64,000 nt of DNA from an uncultured Planctomycetaceae bacterium (lineage in GTDB: Bacteria; Planctomycetota; Planctomycetia; Isosphaerales; Isosphaeraceae): the NCBI GenBank assembly GCA_963833985.1, contig CAWIAD010000001.1:448001-512000 (forward strand). Reading direction: 5' to 3'. Positions 53,362 through 63,423 of this stretch are shown piece after piece. Within the stretch, counting starts at the first letter, position 1. Each line of letters begins with the position of its first letter. Below the pieces are notes generated by a model. That model had not been told where the DNA came from and did no database searches. It worked only from the letters and a program-made list of their open reading frames with translations. Made by a program: the position numbers and the translations under genes.

Positions 53362-56346
53362 TCAATCGTGTGCCGCTCCCTGCGGAGGCTGGCCGGCAAT
53401 CCTGGCCAGTTCGCCCATCACCTCCGAGAAGACAACGGGCGGGACCTCTCCGAATGCGAGCAACCGGGGATCCGTCGGATCGCCGGGCATATCATAAACG
53501 TAGCCGCCGACCCGCACAGTTCCCGCGCGGACGAAGAGCACGTCGGCGAGCGTGATGGTCTCATCGCTGCCGATGCCCATGAACAAACCGTCGACTCCCA
53601 CGAACGCTTCGACTCCCGCGCCCGCGAACACCTTGCGATAGGACTCCACGCAGCCCCCGTCATTGACCGATCCGCGTGTCCAGCCCAGCTTCTCGGCGCG
53701 GCTGCGAAAGGTCAGGGCATTCAACGTGGCGCCATGGAATTCGCGTGACGATTTCTGCCCACTCTCGTCGTCCTTCACCGCGATGACGGGCCGATCGAGC
53801 TGCGGGAACGGCGCGATGATCTCGTAATCGGAGAGATGCGTTTGCCAGGCGGAGCGGGTGGCCTCATCCAGCTCCAGGGGGTGGACGATGCCGACGGATC
53901 CGGCCTCGTCGAGCAGGTACGTCTCGTCGCGCTGGGTCGTCAGGCTGCGGTCCTCCAGAGCGCGGAATGTTGCCATCAGCGTTTGTCCGCCGTCGTACGC
54001 ACCCCAGATGAGGCTGGTGGCGAACGGGAAGAGCAGCGGATGCGCGAGGAAGAGCGCTCCCCAGCGCTGCACCGGCCAGCGATGCTGACGCACCATCAGG
54101 TTTTCGATCCGCGCCTTCTGGCCCTTGCTTACCTCCTTCAGGATCGCGGCCTCGTTCTTGAGCTGGTCGAGCACTTCCCTGGGAGCGGACTTCGGAAGCG
54201 AAGCGGCTGGCTTGTTCTTGTCGAGATCGCGATACACCAGCTTTCCTTCGGCACCGATGGAGACCTGGAAGCGCCGGGCTCCGGCCTCGACGATGCGCGG
54301 CTGACCGGGCTGGAAGCCGAGCCACGGTACAACCAGATCGCCCAGCTCATCGACGCTGATGCCCCGGCGCCCGGCTGCGCCGGCGAACGCCTCCACGGCA
54401 GCGGCCCCGATGTTCTTGTTCTTCACGCGATAGCGGAGCGAGAGCGCATCCACCAGGGTCAGCGCGGCGTCCGTGCCGATGAGGGCCAAGGCCTGCACGC
54501 CGTACTCGGCCATCTTGCCCCGAGCGGAGTCGCCCCACTGCTGGATCAGCGCGTTCAGGCCTGGCACGATGCGGTCGTCGCCCAGCAGTCCGGCCACCGC
54601 CAGCGCCCAGCGATCGGCGGCATCGGCCTTCGTGGCGGCAAACTGCTGGAAAATCTCCAGCGCGAAATCGGCCCCGCTGGCCCGATCGATCATGGAGTAG
54701 AGCGGGCGCGCCTCCACGTCGGGCACGATCTCCCTGCCACGCGACTGACGATAGAGAAGGTAACGCGTGGTGTCCGCACCGAGCGGCTCGCCGCCTGTGT
54801 CGCGCAGGGTGGGCAGTCGAGACTCGTCGAGCCAGCCGGCGACCGGAGACCCAAGCTTTTTCGCCGTGCGCCGCACGCGCTGGTCCATGTCCTCCCGGGT
54901 GATCTCGCGGCCGCTCGAGGCCCGCGCCGCGTCCAGAGCCAGCAGCATGGCGTCACGGAGGTCCTCGTCGGTCTCCTCATCAAGCCGGTCCTCCAGCGCC
55001 TGGAGAGCCGGCACGGACCCAACCGTGGCGAGAAGCGTCACGGCCCAGCCTCGGCGTTCCTTCTTGCGGTCCTTGAGCAGGGGCAGTGCCCGCGGCACCA
55101 AACTTGCTCCGGCTCGCCCCAGGGCGCGCGCCGAGGCGTCGCGCACCAGCTTGGTCGGGTGATCGGAAAAGCTCCAGAGCGGCTCGATGAATTCGTCGAC
55201 CCGCCAGGCCGCCGCCAGCCTGAGGAATTCCGCAAGCGGTTGCCACTCCTTCGACTCCCGGGTCTCGGCGATCCCCTTCTGGAGCCTGGCTCTGATCAGA
55301 TCGTCGTGTGTCCCGTCGTCGAGTGCGACCAGGTGAGTCAGCGCCTGTTTCCAGTAATGCAGGCTCTCGTTGTTGATGAGAATCAGGGGCAGCGCGATCG
55401 CCCGGCGGCCCATGGCCTTCACGGCGGCGTTCATCACGCGGTTCTGCTGCCAGGGACCGTCCATGTCGCGTTCGAGGTAACCGCGGGCGTCATCGGCGGC
55501 GTCCGCACCGTACGTGGAGATCATCCACAGCAGCAGATCATCGGCGTGAAATCCATGCCAGAGACCGCTGGCGAGATCCGCCCGGCAGAGGGCCAGTGCC
55601 TCGGCACGGTAGCGGGCCGGATCACGGCCCACCAGCAGCTTGCAGTGTTCGAAGCGCACCCAGGGATCCGCGCACCGCCTCCAGCCTTCAAGAAGCCGGT
55701 CCTCGAATCGGCCTCCGCCCCGTTCCAGCAGAATGGTGCTGGTTCCCAGCCGAAGTCGCTGCGAGCCTGCCAGGATTGGTCCAACGACGTCGAGCCGCTC
55801 CGGAGCCGCGGTGAACAGGAACTCGAGCAGGCTCTCATAGGGACGATCGCCCGCTCCCCGTTCCCGGTTCCGCTCGCCTCCAAGGCTGACGGCCGCGGCC
55901 AGCCTGGCATCGTCAAGGCCAAGCACGAACCGTCCGGCGGAATTCGCCTGACCCGCCTTGTGGAAACTCGTGAAGTACCTTGCGGTCAACGTGGCGATCG
56001 CCTCGTCGCCGACTCCCCCTGCCGTCAAGATCTGCCGCAGCGCGCCGTGCAGGTCTTGCCCGGGCTTTTCCCTGGGAAGCTCCTGGCAAGCCCACGCGGC
56101 GATCTCGGAAAACGCGCCGGCACGAGCCAGCAGGTGCACCGCGCGGCGGTCCTCATCATCGCAGCGCGAGAGCGGGTCGAGCACCTCCCGCAGCGCAGAG
56201 TGCCAGTAATCGTACCGGCCAAGCGGCATCAACTGCGCCAGGGCCGCCGGGTCTCCGGCCTCGATATAGGGCATCCCGACAAACAGCGGACGCATCGAGG
56301 TCACGTTCAGCAGTCGTTTCTTGAGGCGGTCCCGGATCTTCCCCAC
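53362..56346 (-). CDS. DUF4132 domain protein with HEAT-like repeats (YehI-like). May extend to ATG 56446 across an indel.
   Basis: DELGDLVVPWLGF, RIENLMV..RW, HPLL...LIWG, VGIVHPLEL...W..HLSDYEIIAPFPQLDR, VPPVVFSEVM. Confidence 0.85.
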   Translation of the reverse strand: MGKIRDRLKKRLLNVTSMRPLFVGMPYIEAGDPAALAQLMPLGRYDYWHSALREVLDPLSRCDDEDRRAVHLLARAGAFSEIAAWACQELPREKPGQDLHGALRQILTAGGVGDEAIATLTARYFTSFHKAGQANSAGRFVLGLDDARLAAAVSLGGERNRERGAGDRPYESLLEFLFTAAPERLDVVGPILAGSQRLRLGTSTILLERGGGRFEDRLLEGWRRCADPWVRFEHCKLLVGRDPARYRAEALALCRADLASGLWHGFHADDLLLWMISTYGADAADDARGYLERDMDGPWQQNRVMNAAVKAMGRRAIALPLILINNESLHYWKQALTHLVALDDGTHDDLIRARLQKGIAETRESKEWQPLAEFLRLAAAWRVDEFIEPLWSFSDHPTKLVRDASARALGRAGASLVPRALPLLKDRKKERRGWAVTLLATVGSVPALQALEDRLDEETDEDLRDAMLLALDAARASSGREITREDMDQRVRRTAKKLGSPVAGWLDESRLPTLRDTGGEPLGADTTRYLLYRQSRGREIVPDVEARPLYSMIDRASGADFALEIFQQFAATKADAADRWALAVAGLLGDDRIVPGLNALIQQWGDSARGKMAEYGVQALALIGTDAALTLVDALSLRYRVKNKNIGAAAVEAFAGAAGRRGISVDELGDLVVPWLGFQPGQPRIVEAGARRFQVSIGAEGKLVYRDLDKNKPAASLPKSAPREVLDQLKNEAAILKEVSKGQKARIENLMVRQHRWPVQRWGALFLAHPLLFPFATSLIWGAYDGGQTLMATFRALEDRSLTTQRDETYLLDEAGSVGIVHPLELDEATRSAWQTHLSDYEIIAPFPQLDRPVIAVKDDESGQKSSREFHGATLNALTFRSRAEKLGWTRGSVNDGGCVESYRKVFAGAGVEAFVGVDGLFMGIGSDETITLADVLFVRAGTVRVGGYVYDMPGDPTDPRLLAFGEVPPVVFSEVMGELARIAGQPPQGAAHD

Positions 56347-56982
56347 GGGTTCTACCCTTGTCGTTCAAGAAGATGGTGTGTCGTGCGTCCAGGCCGGCGA
56401 TTCTGTTCGAGCTCGGCACCGTCGGTGTGCCAGGCCTGGGTAGCATGACGTCCGAAGGGGCGATCGGCACATCCACTTTCGAGAATAGCTTCCGCCGGGC
56501 CGTCCGGCGCCGAATATCGCGCCCTGGGGGGGCGACGCATCATGCGTCTCGCGTTTGTTTTCTTCGACGCCCGAGTATGACCGGACGAGGCGAAGCGTCG
56601 CACACGGCATTCCGGCGCAGGGCGTCGGAACGAGTTGTGCACACTGGCACCCGGCGCGGCGCGAAGAGCCTGGTTGCGGCGGGGTCGCGGCGCGGGGTAC
56701 GTTGGCGATGGAGAATCGTTCGTCGACGCGAGCCGATGATCTTCCTGCCAACGCCGAGGCGGCCGTTGTCACTCACCGGGGCCGCGGGATGGATGGGCAA
56801 GGACCTCGATCGATGTTGACTCAACCAGCCACTGACCAGGCGGCCAGAACTCGGACCATCGACGAGCTGAAAGCCAGGCTCAAGCGATTCGCGCCGGAAT
56901 CGGTCGCCGAGATCGAGGGCGCCAACGAGGTCAACAACAAGTTCCCGCCCCAGGAGCTGAAGCAGAGGCCCGGCACCGCCCA

Positions 56983-57011
56983 TTGACAACGCCCGGGCAA
57001 GCTTCTCTAAT
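56983..57011 (+). promoter_or_regulatory. Putative sigma70 promoter
   Basis: TTGACA, 17 bp spacer, TCTAAT upstream of the small exported ORF and the cytochrome operon. Confidence 0.5.
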
Positions 57012-57066
57012 AAAAACCAGCACTTTCGCCTTGGTCGTTGCCTTCGGGTCCGGGAGCCGTTCGGGC

Positions 57067-57498
57067 GTGGCGGAGACGGGACATCAGTTCAAGAGCCGGA
57101 TTGTACTACTGGCCCTGACGGGGACGATGTGCCTGTCCCTGGGCATCGCGCCGCGGCCTGCGCGGGCGGCGGGGTGTCATGTGCCCGAACGCCCGGTGCT
57201 GGCGCACACGCTCTCCTGGGAAAGGTTGCTGCACGCCGGGTTGACGGCGGCCCATCGTTCCGCCGGGGTCGCACCGCCGGCCATCATCCCGCTTCCCTGC
57301 CAGGGCGAGGTGCCCACCCTGCCTTCCACCACCAGCCAGTTGCTCGTGGCCGACCGTGCGGCCTGCCGCATGACGCCGCCCCCGGCACTGAGCGAGCCGG
57401 TGTTTCCCGAGCCACCGGCGACGGCACTCCCCTCCCTCTCTTCCCGCCTTGATCGACCTCCGCGCTCTTCGCCGGCGGCCCCTCGCAACCGGGCCTGA
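57067..57498 (+). CDS. Small Pro-rich exported protein / possible leader peptide ending ...RLDRPPR
   Basis: GTG start, signal peptide ending PARA, GCH and PCQG Cys motifs, C-terminal RLDRPPR. Confidence 0.55.
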   Translation: MAETGHQFKSRIVLLALTGTMCLSLGIAPRPARAAGCHVPERPVLAHTLSWERLLHAGLTAAHRSAGVAPPAIIPLPCQGEVPTLPSTTSQLLVADRAACRMTPPPALSEPVFPEPPATALPSLSSRLDRPPRSSPAAPRNRA

Positions 57499-57716
57499 CT
57501 TGGCCCGGATCAGCGCATGGTGACGGTTCTGCGTTCGCCGGCAGACCCCGATCCGGCCTGCCCGCACGTTTCTGCTGCCGAGCCATGCGCCGGGCACTGC
57601 TCGCCCACCCGCCGACCCTGCTGCGTCGACTCAACGCCAAACCGCCTGTCTGATCGCCTTCCTGGTGAACGCGCGCCTGGGGTGTCTCGTGGAGCCCCCC
57701 GCGGAGGAGCTTGCCT

Positions 57717-60700
57717 GTGTCCACACCGGTTCTGACCCCGCGCAACCGCGCCGGGCGGGTTTACAAGCCCGCCATCGGCGCTCGCTTGCGGCCCTTGCTC
57801 TGGGTCATCCTGATCGGCTTTGCCCTGCTTGCCGCCAACGGGTTTTATCTCTCCAGCGTCACCGCGGTGACATGGTACCTGGGGACGACCCAGCAAACGT
57901 TCTTTTACATGCTGATGGTTGCCTTGCACCTGTTCCTCGGTCTCGTCCTCGTCATACCCTTCCTGATCTTTGGCTTCGCGCACCTGGCAACCTCATGGAA
58001 GCGGCCCAACAGGTCGGCCATTCGCTACGGCCTGGTCCTGCTGGCGGCCGGGCTGGTCACCGTGGTCTCGGGCTTCATCCTGGTCCGCATCGGCGGGTTC
58101 GAGGTCCGTGACCCGCGGGTGCGCAACATCGGCTACTGGTTCCACGTGGCCGCCCCGCTGGCGGCCGTGGCACTGTACGTCAAGCACCGGCTGGCCGGCC
58201 CGCGCATTCGCTGGCAGTGGGCGCGCAGGCTGGCCATACCCGTGCTGGGCTTCGTGGCGGTGATGGGGCTCTTGCACTCGCAAGATCCGCGCACGCTGGG
58301 CGTGAAGGGGCCGCGGGAAGGAAAGCAGTATTTCTTCCCGTCCGAGGCGGTCACCGCCAGCGGCAAGTTCATTCCGGCCCGTACGCTGATGATGGACGAG
58401 TACTGCATGGAGTGCCACAAGGATGCGTACGACGGCTGGTTCCACTCCGCCCACCATCGCAGCTCGTTCAACAACAAGGCGTACCTGGCCAGCGTGCGCG
58501 AGACGCGCAAGGTGTCGCTCCAGCGCGACGGCTCAACCCAGGCCTCGCGCTGGTGCGCGGGCTGCCACGACCCCGTACCGTTTTTCTCCGGCGAGTTCGA
58601 TGACCCGAACTTCGACGACGTGCACAACCCCACCGGACAGGCCGGCATCACCTGCACGGTCTGCCACGTGATCACCGCGGTGAACAACACCCGCGGCAAC
58701 GGCGCCTACACCATCGAGGAGCCGCAGCATTATCCTTTCGCCTTCAGCGACAACGCCATTCTCAAGTGGGTGAACCGCACGCTGGTGAAGGCCAAGCCGG
58801 AGATGCACAAGAAGAGCTTCATGAAGCCGATCATCCGCAGTGCCGAGTTTTGCTCGGTGTGCCACAAGGTCGGTCTGCCGTATCCCGTGACGAATTACAA
58901 GGACTTCGCGCGCGGCCAGGACCATTACAACAACTACCTGCTTTCGGGCGTGTCCGGCCACGGAGCACGCAGCTTCTACTATCCGCCGGTGGCGAAATCA
59001 AACTGTAACGAGTGCCACATGAACCTGCTGGCCTCCAGCGACTTCGGCGCCAGGGACTTCGACGGCCAGGGCGTCCGGCAGATCCACAACCATTTGTTCC
59101 CGGGTGCCAATACGGCCTTGCCCGCCCTCGCGGGAGACGAGGCCACGGCCCAGGCGCAGGCACGGTTCCTGAAGGACAAGCAGGTGCGGGTGGACCTCTT
59201 CGCTCTTCGCGAGGGGGGTGGCGTCGACGGCAAGCTGCTGGGCCCGCTACGCCCCGAGGTGCCACTGTTGCGTCCCGGTCAGAAATACCTGGTCGAGGTG
59301 GTGGTTCGCACGCTCGGCGTGGGCCATCTGTTCACCCAGGGAACGGTTGACTCGAACGAGGTCTGGGTCGAACTGGTCGCCCGCCAGGGTGAGAAAACCG
59401 TGGGCCGGTGCGGGGGCATCGATGGTGCGGGCACGGTCGATCCCTACTCCCATTTCATCAACGTGTACATGCTCGACCGCGACGGCAAGCGCATCGACCG
59501 CCGCAACGCCCAGGACATCTTCGTGCCGCTGTACAACAAGCAGATCCCGCCCGGAGCGGGGCAGGTGGTGCACTTCGCGCTGGAAGCTCCCCCGGGGCAG
59601 ACCGCCCCGATCCGTCTGGAGGCGAAGATCAACTACCGCAAGTTTGACCGCAAGTACATGGACTACATCTTCGGCAAGGGGCAGGGACCGGACATCCCCG
59701 TCACGGTGATGGCCTCGGACCGTCTCGAGCTACCCGTTGCGGCCGGCCCCGCCGTCTCCATCGAGCCTTCGCCCATCAAGGACGAATGGCAGCGCTGGAA
59801 CGACTACGGGATTGGCCTGCTGCTGGAAGGGGCGGCCAAGGGGGGCCAGAAGGGCGAGCTGAAGCAGGCCGAGGAGGTGTTCCACAAGGTGGCCGGGCTG
59901 GGCCGCTCCGATGGCTGGGTGAACCTGGCGCGCGTCTACCAGCGGGAAGGGCGCATTCCCGAGGCGCTCGAGGCCCTGGAGAAGGCGGCAGCCCACAAGG
60001 AGCCGGCCGCACCCTGGGTGATCAACTGGCTCACCGGCCAGATCAACGCGTCGAACAACCAGCTCGAGGAGGCGGTCTCCAGCTTCGAAGCGGTCCTGAA
60101 GACCCGTGTTCCGGAGCGGAAGTTCGATTTCGGTCTCGATTTTCAGGTCATCGACGAGCTGGCGTCGGTCTACTACACGCTGGCGCGGCCGCTGCCGATC
60201 AAGAGCCCGGAGCGCAAGGATTGGCTGAAGAAGGCGATCGCCGCGTACCAGCGCACGTTGACTCTGGATTCAGAAGACGTCGAGGCGCACTACGGGCTGG
60301 GCCTCGCCTTTGGCGACCCGGCCTGGGGCGACAGGAAGCTGGAACTCCCCCCGGACCCGGCCGAGACCACCGCCACCGTGGATCCGGTCGCGCTGACAGG
60401 GCTGGCAGCCGAGGTCGCCGGCCGGAAGGGCGATCCAGCCCGGCGCAGGGAGCAGGCGCTGGAGCTGGCGCGGCGGGTCGTGCGCTTCATGAAGGGTCCC
60501 CGGCCACGCTTCCAGTCGCGGCTCGAGCCGCTCCACGACCTGGCCGCAGCGCTCGGCCCGATCTGGGGGCAAGAGAGCGACGGCGCAATGCAGGCAGCGA
60601 TCGGCCGGGTGCTCGAAGTGACCCACAAGGCGCTTCATGAGCGGCTCAAGCCGGACGAGACGGCCGAGGGCCGCGTCTTTGCGATCGCCCGCAAGAACGA

Positions 60701-60875
60701 CCCGGCGGCCAACATGAACGCCCAGTCAGTCGTGATCCACTCGCTGCATCGCCCAGGCGCGCCGGGGATCGATGCCGGGCCGGTCACGCACGCGGCGGGT
60801 CCACCCGCGGCAACACCATCCCCGGCATCCTCGACCACACCGCATTCGCTTCACGCTCAGGAGAATGGAGAATGA
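57717..60875 (+). CDS. Membrane-anchored multihaem c-type cytochrome (5 CxxCH) with C-terminal TPR repeats
   Basis: About 5 N-terminal TM helices, CMECH, CAGCH, CTVCH, CSVCH, CNECH, then RWNDYGIGLL and TPR-like helices. GGAGG RBS. Confidence 0.85.
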   Translation: MSTPVLTPRNRAGRVYKPAIGARLRPLLWVILIGFALLAANGFYLSSVTAVTWYLGTTQQTFFYMLMVALHLFLGLVLVIPFLIFGFAHLATSWKRPNRSAIRYGLVLLAAGLVTVVSGFILVRIGGFEVRDPRVRNIGYWFHVAAPLAAVALYVKHRLAGPRIRWQWARRLAIPVLGFVAVMGLLHSQDPRTLGVKGPREGKQYFFPSEAVTASGKFIPARTLMMDEYCMECHKDAYDGWFHSAHHRSSFNNKAYLASVRETRKVSLQRDGSTQASRWCAGCHDPVPFFSGEFDDPNFDDVHNPTGQAGITCTVCHVITAVNNTRGNGAYTIEEPQHYPFAFSDNAILKWVNRTLVKAKPEMHKKSFMKPIIRSAEFCSVCHKVGLPYPVTNYKDFARGQDHYNNYLLSGVSGHGARSFYYPPVAKSNCNECHMNLLASSDFGARDFDGQGVRQIHNHLFPGANTALPALAGDEATAQAQARFLKDKQVRVDLFALREGGGVDGKLLGPLRPEVPLLRPGQKYLVEVVVRTLGVGHLFTQGTVDSNEVWVELVARQGEKTVGRCGGIDGAGTVDPYSHFINVYMLDRDGKRIDRRNAQDIFVPLYNKQIPPGAGQVVHFALEAPPGQTAPIRLEAKINYRKFDRKYMDYIFGKGQGPDIPVTVMASDRLELPVAAGPAVSIEPSPIKDEWQRWNDYGIGLLLEGAAKGGQKGELKQAEEVFHKVAGLGRSDGWVNLARVYQREGRIPEALEALEKAAAHKEPAAPWVINWLTGQINASNNQLEEAVSSFEAVLKTRVPERKFDFGLDFQVIDELASVYYTLARPLPIKSPERKDWLKKAIAAYQRTLTLDSEDVEAHYGLGLAFGDPAWGDRKLELPPDPAETTATVDPVALTGLAAEVAGRKGDPARRREQALELARRVVRFMKGPRPRFQSRLEPLHDLAAALGPIWGQESDGAMQAAIGRVLEVTHKALHERLKPDETAEGRVFAIARKNDPAANMNAQSVVIHSLHRPGAPGIDAGPVTHAAGPPAATPSPASSTTPHSLHAQENGE

Positions 60876-62671
60876 CCGAAGTTCTGCCGATGCGCCTTGC
60901 CAGGCTCCTGAGCCTGATGGGGCTGGCTCTCGTCCCCCTGGTGGCCGGCGGCTGCGGTACCCCCGCGGAGAAGGCCGTCATTGCGGTGCCCATCGCCCCC
61001 GTGCGGCCCCCCGAGGTCAGGGTGGAAACGTTACCCGCGGTCAAGTTCGTGGACGTCACCACGCCGTCCGGCATCCATTTCGTGCATGCCAACGGTGCCT
61101 TCGGCGACAAGCTCCTGCCCGAGACCATGGGCGCAGGAGTCGCATTCCTGGATTATGACAACGACGGCGACCAGGACCTGCTCTTCGTCAATTCCTGTCC
61201 CTGGCCCGGGCACGAGAACAAGGCGGCGGTTGCCCCCACGCAGGCCCTGTACCGCAACGACGGCAAGGGCAACTTCGCGGACGTCAGCAAGGAGGCCGGC
61301 CTGGACAAGACGCTCTACGGCCAGGGCGTCGCGGTGGGCGACTACGACAACGACGGCGACGTGGACGTGTACATCACGGGGGTTGGCGGCGGCCATCTCT
61401 TCCGAAACGATGGGAAGGGGCATTTCGAGGACGTGACCGCGGCCGCGAACGCCAGAGGGCCCAACGGCTGGCTCACGGGTGCGGCCTTCCTAGATATCGA
61501 CAACGACGGCGACCTGGACCTGTTCGTCTGCAACTACGTCACCTGGACCCCGGACATCGACAAGGTCCAGGGATTCCAGATCAGCGGCCTGGGGCGTGCG
61601 TACGGTCCGCCGACCTCGTTCCCGGGTTCGCTGTGCACCCTGCTGCGCAACGACGCCGGCCACTTCACCGACATCAGCGAGGAGGCGGGAGTGCAGGTGC
61701 GCACGCCCGATCTCAAGGCGCCGCTGGCCAAGTCACTCGGGGTCGCGCCTTTTGATGTGGACGGCGACGGCCTGGTGGACATTGCGGTGGCCAACGACAC
61801 CGTGCAGAACTTCCTGTTCCACAACCTGGGCAAGGGCAAGTTCGAGGAGCTGGCGATGATGTCCGGCGTGGCCTTCGACAAGTCGGGCTCGCCCCGTGGC
61901 GGCATGGGCTGCGACTGGGCCTGCTTCGGCAACGACGAGCGGCTCGGCCTGGCGATCGGCAACTTCGCCAACGAGATGACCGCGCTGTACGTCAGCGATC
62001 AGCCGGCGAGCCTCCAGTTCTCGGACCTGGCGAACCTGTACGGCCTGGGAGCTCCCACCCAGCCGCCGCTCAAGTTCGGGCTCTTCTTCTTCGATTACGA
62101 CCTGGACGGGCGGCTCGACCTGCTGTCGGCCAACGGGCACCTCGAGCCCGAGATCTCCAAGGTGCAGGCGAGCGAGGCCTACGAGCAGCCGGCGCAGCTC
62201 TTCTGGAACTCGGGCAAGACCGGGCGGAACCTGTACGTGAAGGTGGGGCCCGAGGCAGCGGGGCCCGACCTCTTCCGCCCCATCGTCGGCCGGGGGACGG
62301 CCTATGCCGACATTGACGGTGACGGCGACCTGGACGTCGCCATCGTGGTCAACAACGGCCCGGCACGGCTCTTCCGCAACGACGGCGGCAATGCCAACCA
62401 CTGGATCCGCCTGGCGCTCAAAGGGAATGGCAAAACCTCCAACCGCGACGCCATCGGCGCCAGGGTGGAGCTGAAGATGGGCGAGGTGGTCTGCCGCCGC
62501 CAGCTCTTCCCGGCCAAGAGCTACCTCTCGTCCATGGAGCTGCCGCTCACCTTCGGGCTGGGCAAGGAGCAGAAGGCCGACGAGGTGAAGATTACCTGGC
62601 CGTCCGGCAAGAACACGACGCTCCGGGACCTGAAGGCCGACCAGGTGCACAAGATCGAGGAGACACCCTGA
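60872..62671 (+). CDS. CRTAC1-like FG-GAP/VCBS repeat protein with ASPIC/UnbV domain, probable lipoprotein
   Basis: VAGGC lipobox-like motif, ETMGAGVAFLDYDNDGDQDL, many DxDxDGxxD repeats, SNRDAIGARV, LTFGLG, ITWPSG. ATGA overlap with the upstream gene. Confidence 0.9.
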   Translation: MTEVLPMRLARLLSLMGLALVPLVAGGCGTPAEKAVIAVPIAPVRPPEVRVETLPAVKFVDVTTPSGIHFVHANGAFGDKLLPETMGAGVAFLDYDNDGDQDLLFVNSCPWPGHENKAAVAPTQALYRNDGKGNFADVSKEAGLDKTLYGQGVAVGDYDNDGDVDVYITGVGGGHLFRNDGKGHFEDVTAAANARGPNGWLTGAAFLDIDNDGDLDLFVCNYVTWTPDIDKVQGFQISGLGRAYGPPTSFPGSLCTLLRNDAGHFTDISEEAGVQVRTPDLKAPLAKSLGVAPFDVDGDGLVDIAVANDTVQNFLFHNLGKGKFEELAMMSGVAFDKSGSPRGGMGCDWACFGNDERLGLAIGNFANEMTALYVSDQPASLQFSDLANLYGLGAPTQPPLKFGLFFFDYDLDGRLDLLSANGHLEPEISKVQASEAYEQPAQLFWNSGKTGRNLYVKVGPEAAGPDLFRPIVGRGTAYADIDGDGDLDVAIVVNNGPARLFRNDGGNANHWIRLALKGNGKTSNRDAIGARVELKMGEVVCRRQLFPAKSYLSSMELPLTFGLGKEQKADEVKITWPSGKNTTLRDLKADQVHKIEETP

Positions 62672-62688
62672 GCTGAAAGAGGGCACGG

Positions 62689-63423
62689 CTACATCGTGCC
62701 GGGGCCGGCGACAAGGTCGCGTATCGGCCTGGGGGTCACGGACCAGGAGTCCATGTATGTGCCTTCCAGCGGCAAATTGACGTACCACCCTGGCTCGAGG
62801 AACAGGGGAGCGTCCGGCAGGCGATCGCCGACGGCCAGCGGTTCGACGTCGGCCGTCAGCGCCTCGCCTGCGTCGAAGGCGGCGACGGTCAGAGGTCGAT
62901 CCGCGGGACGCGTTGCCAGTGGTTCGCCGACCAGCTCGTCCCAGATGGACTGGGCGATGCCCAGCGGGTCACGCGGACCGGGCGGGAAGAGGTCCACCGC
63001 AAGAAAGTGGATTCCATTGCGGATGAATTCGACGGCCTTCGTCACGAAGGAGACGACGGCGTGCCGGCTGTCCTTGTTGCCGGGAGAGAGGATCTCGATC
63101 ATCGCCACCACGCGGCCCAGCTCGTGGCGGATCGCGATGCGATTGGCCTTGCATGCGTATCTCCAGGACTCGGTCTCCACCCGCGCGGCCTGGTGAATTC
63201 CGGGCGGCACGGTCGCGACGGCAAGGCCGCCGGTCGGCTCCGGCCCACGAATGCGTAGCGTCACCACATCGGGCTCCGGCCCGCTCACGCGCTCGGCGGC
63301 CATGGCGTAATAGCCGTCGGGGAGGATGCCGCCGTTCAGCCGGTTGCGGATCTCGATCGTCCATCCCTGGCGAAAGTCGTGAAAGGTCCCGGCGGAAACG
63401 CGTGTCCAGTCGTGGATCGGCAT
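62689..63423 (-). CDS. DUF4058 / Uma2-like PD-(D/E)XK family protein
   Basis: MPIHDWTRV..GTFHDF, EPDV, AMIEILSPGNK, AVDLFPPGPRDP, LPDAPLFL...VNLPLEGTY. Confidence 0.8.
   Translation of the reverse strand: MPIHDWTRVSAGTFHDFRQGWTIEIRNRLNGGILPDGYYAMAAERVSGPEPDVVTLRIRGPEPTGGLAVATVPPGIHQAARVETESWRYACKANRIAIRHELGRVVAMIEILSPGNKDSRHAVVSFVTKAVEFIRNGIHFLAVDLFPPGPRDPLGIAQSIWDELVGEPLATRPADRPLTVAAFDAGEALTADVEPLAVGDRLPDAPLFLEPGWYVNLPLEGTYMDSWSVTPRPIRDLVAGPGTM

Noticed and set aside
269..56446. Widespread pseudogenisation or programmed frameshifting (about 15 split genes)
   Set aside because: The breaks are single-base indels, often in G/C runs, in otherwise intact housekeeping genes (pfp, gnd, gcvPA) with no accumulated nonsense codons. 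This is best explained as long-read consensus error and should be checked by polishing.
56520..56986. Short ORF 56555..56986 and a degenerate GCATTCC..GCAGGGCGTCGGAACGAG REP-like relic
   Set aside because: The ORF has no recognisable motif and an uncertain start. The repeat is single-copy here and too degenerate to support.
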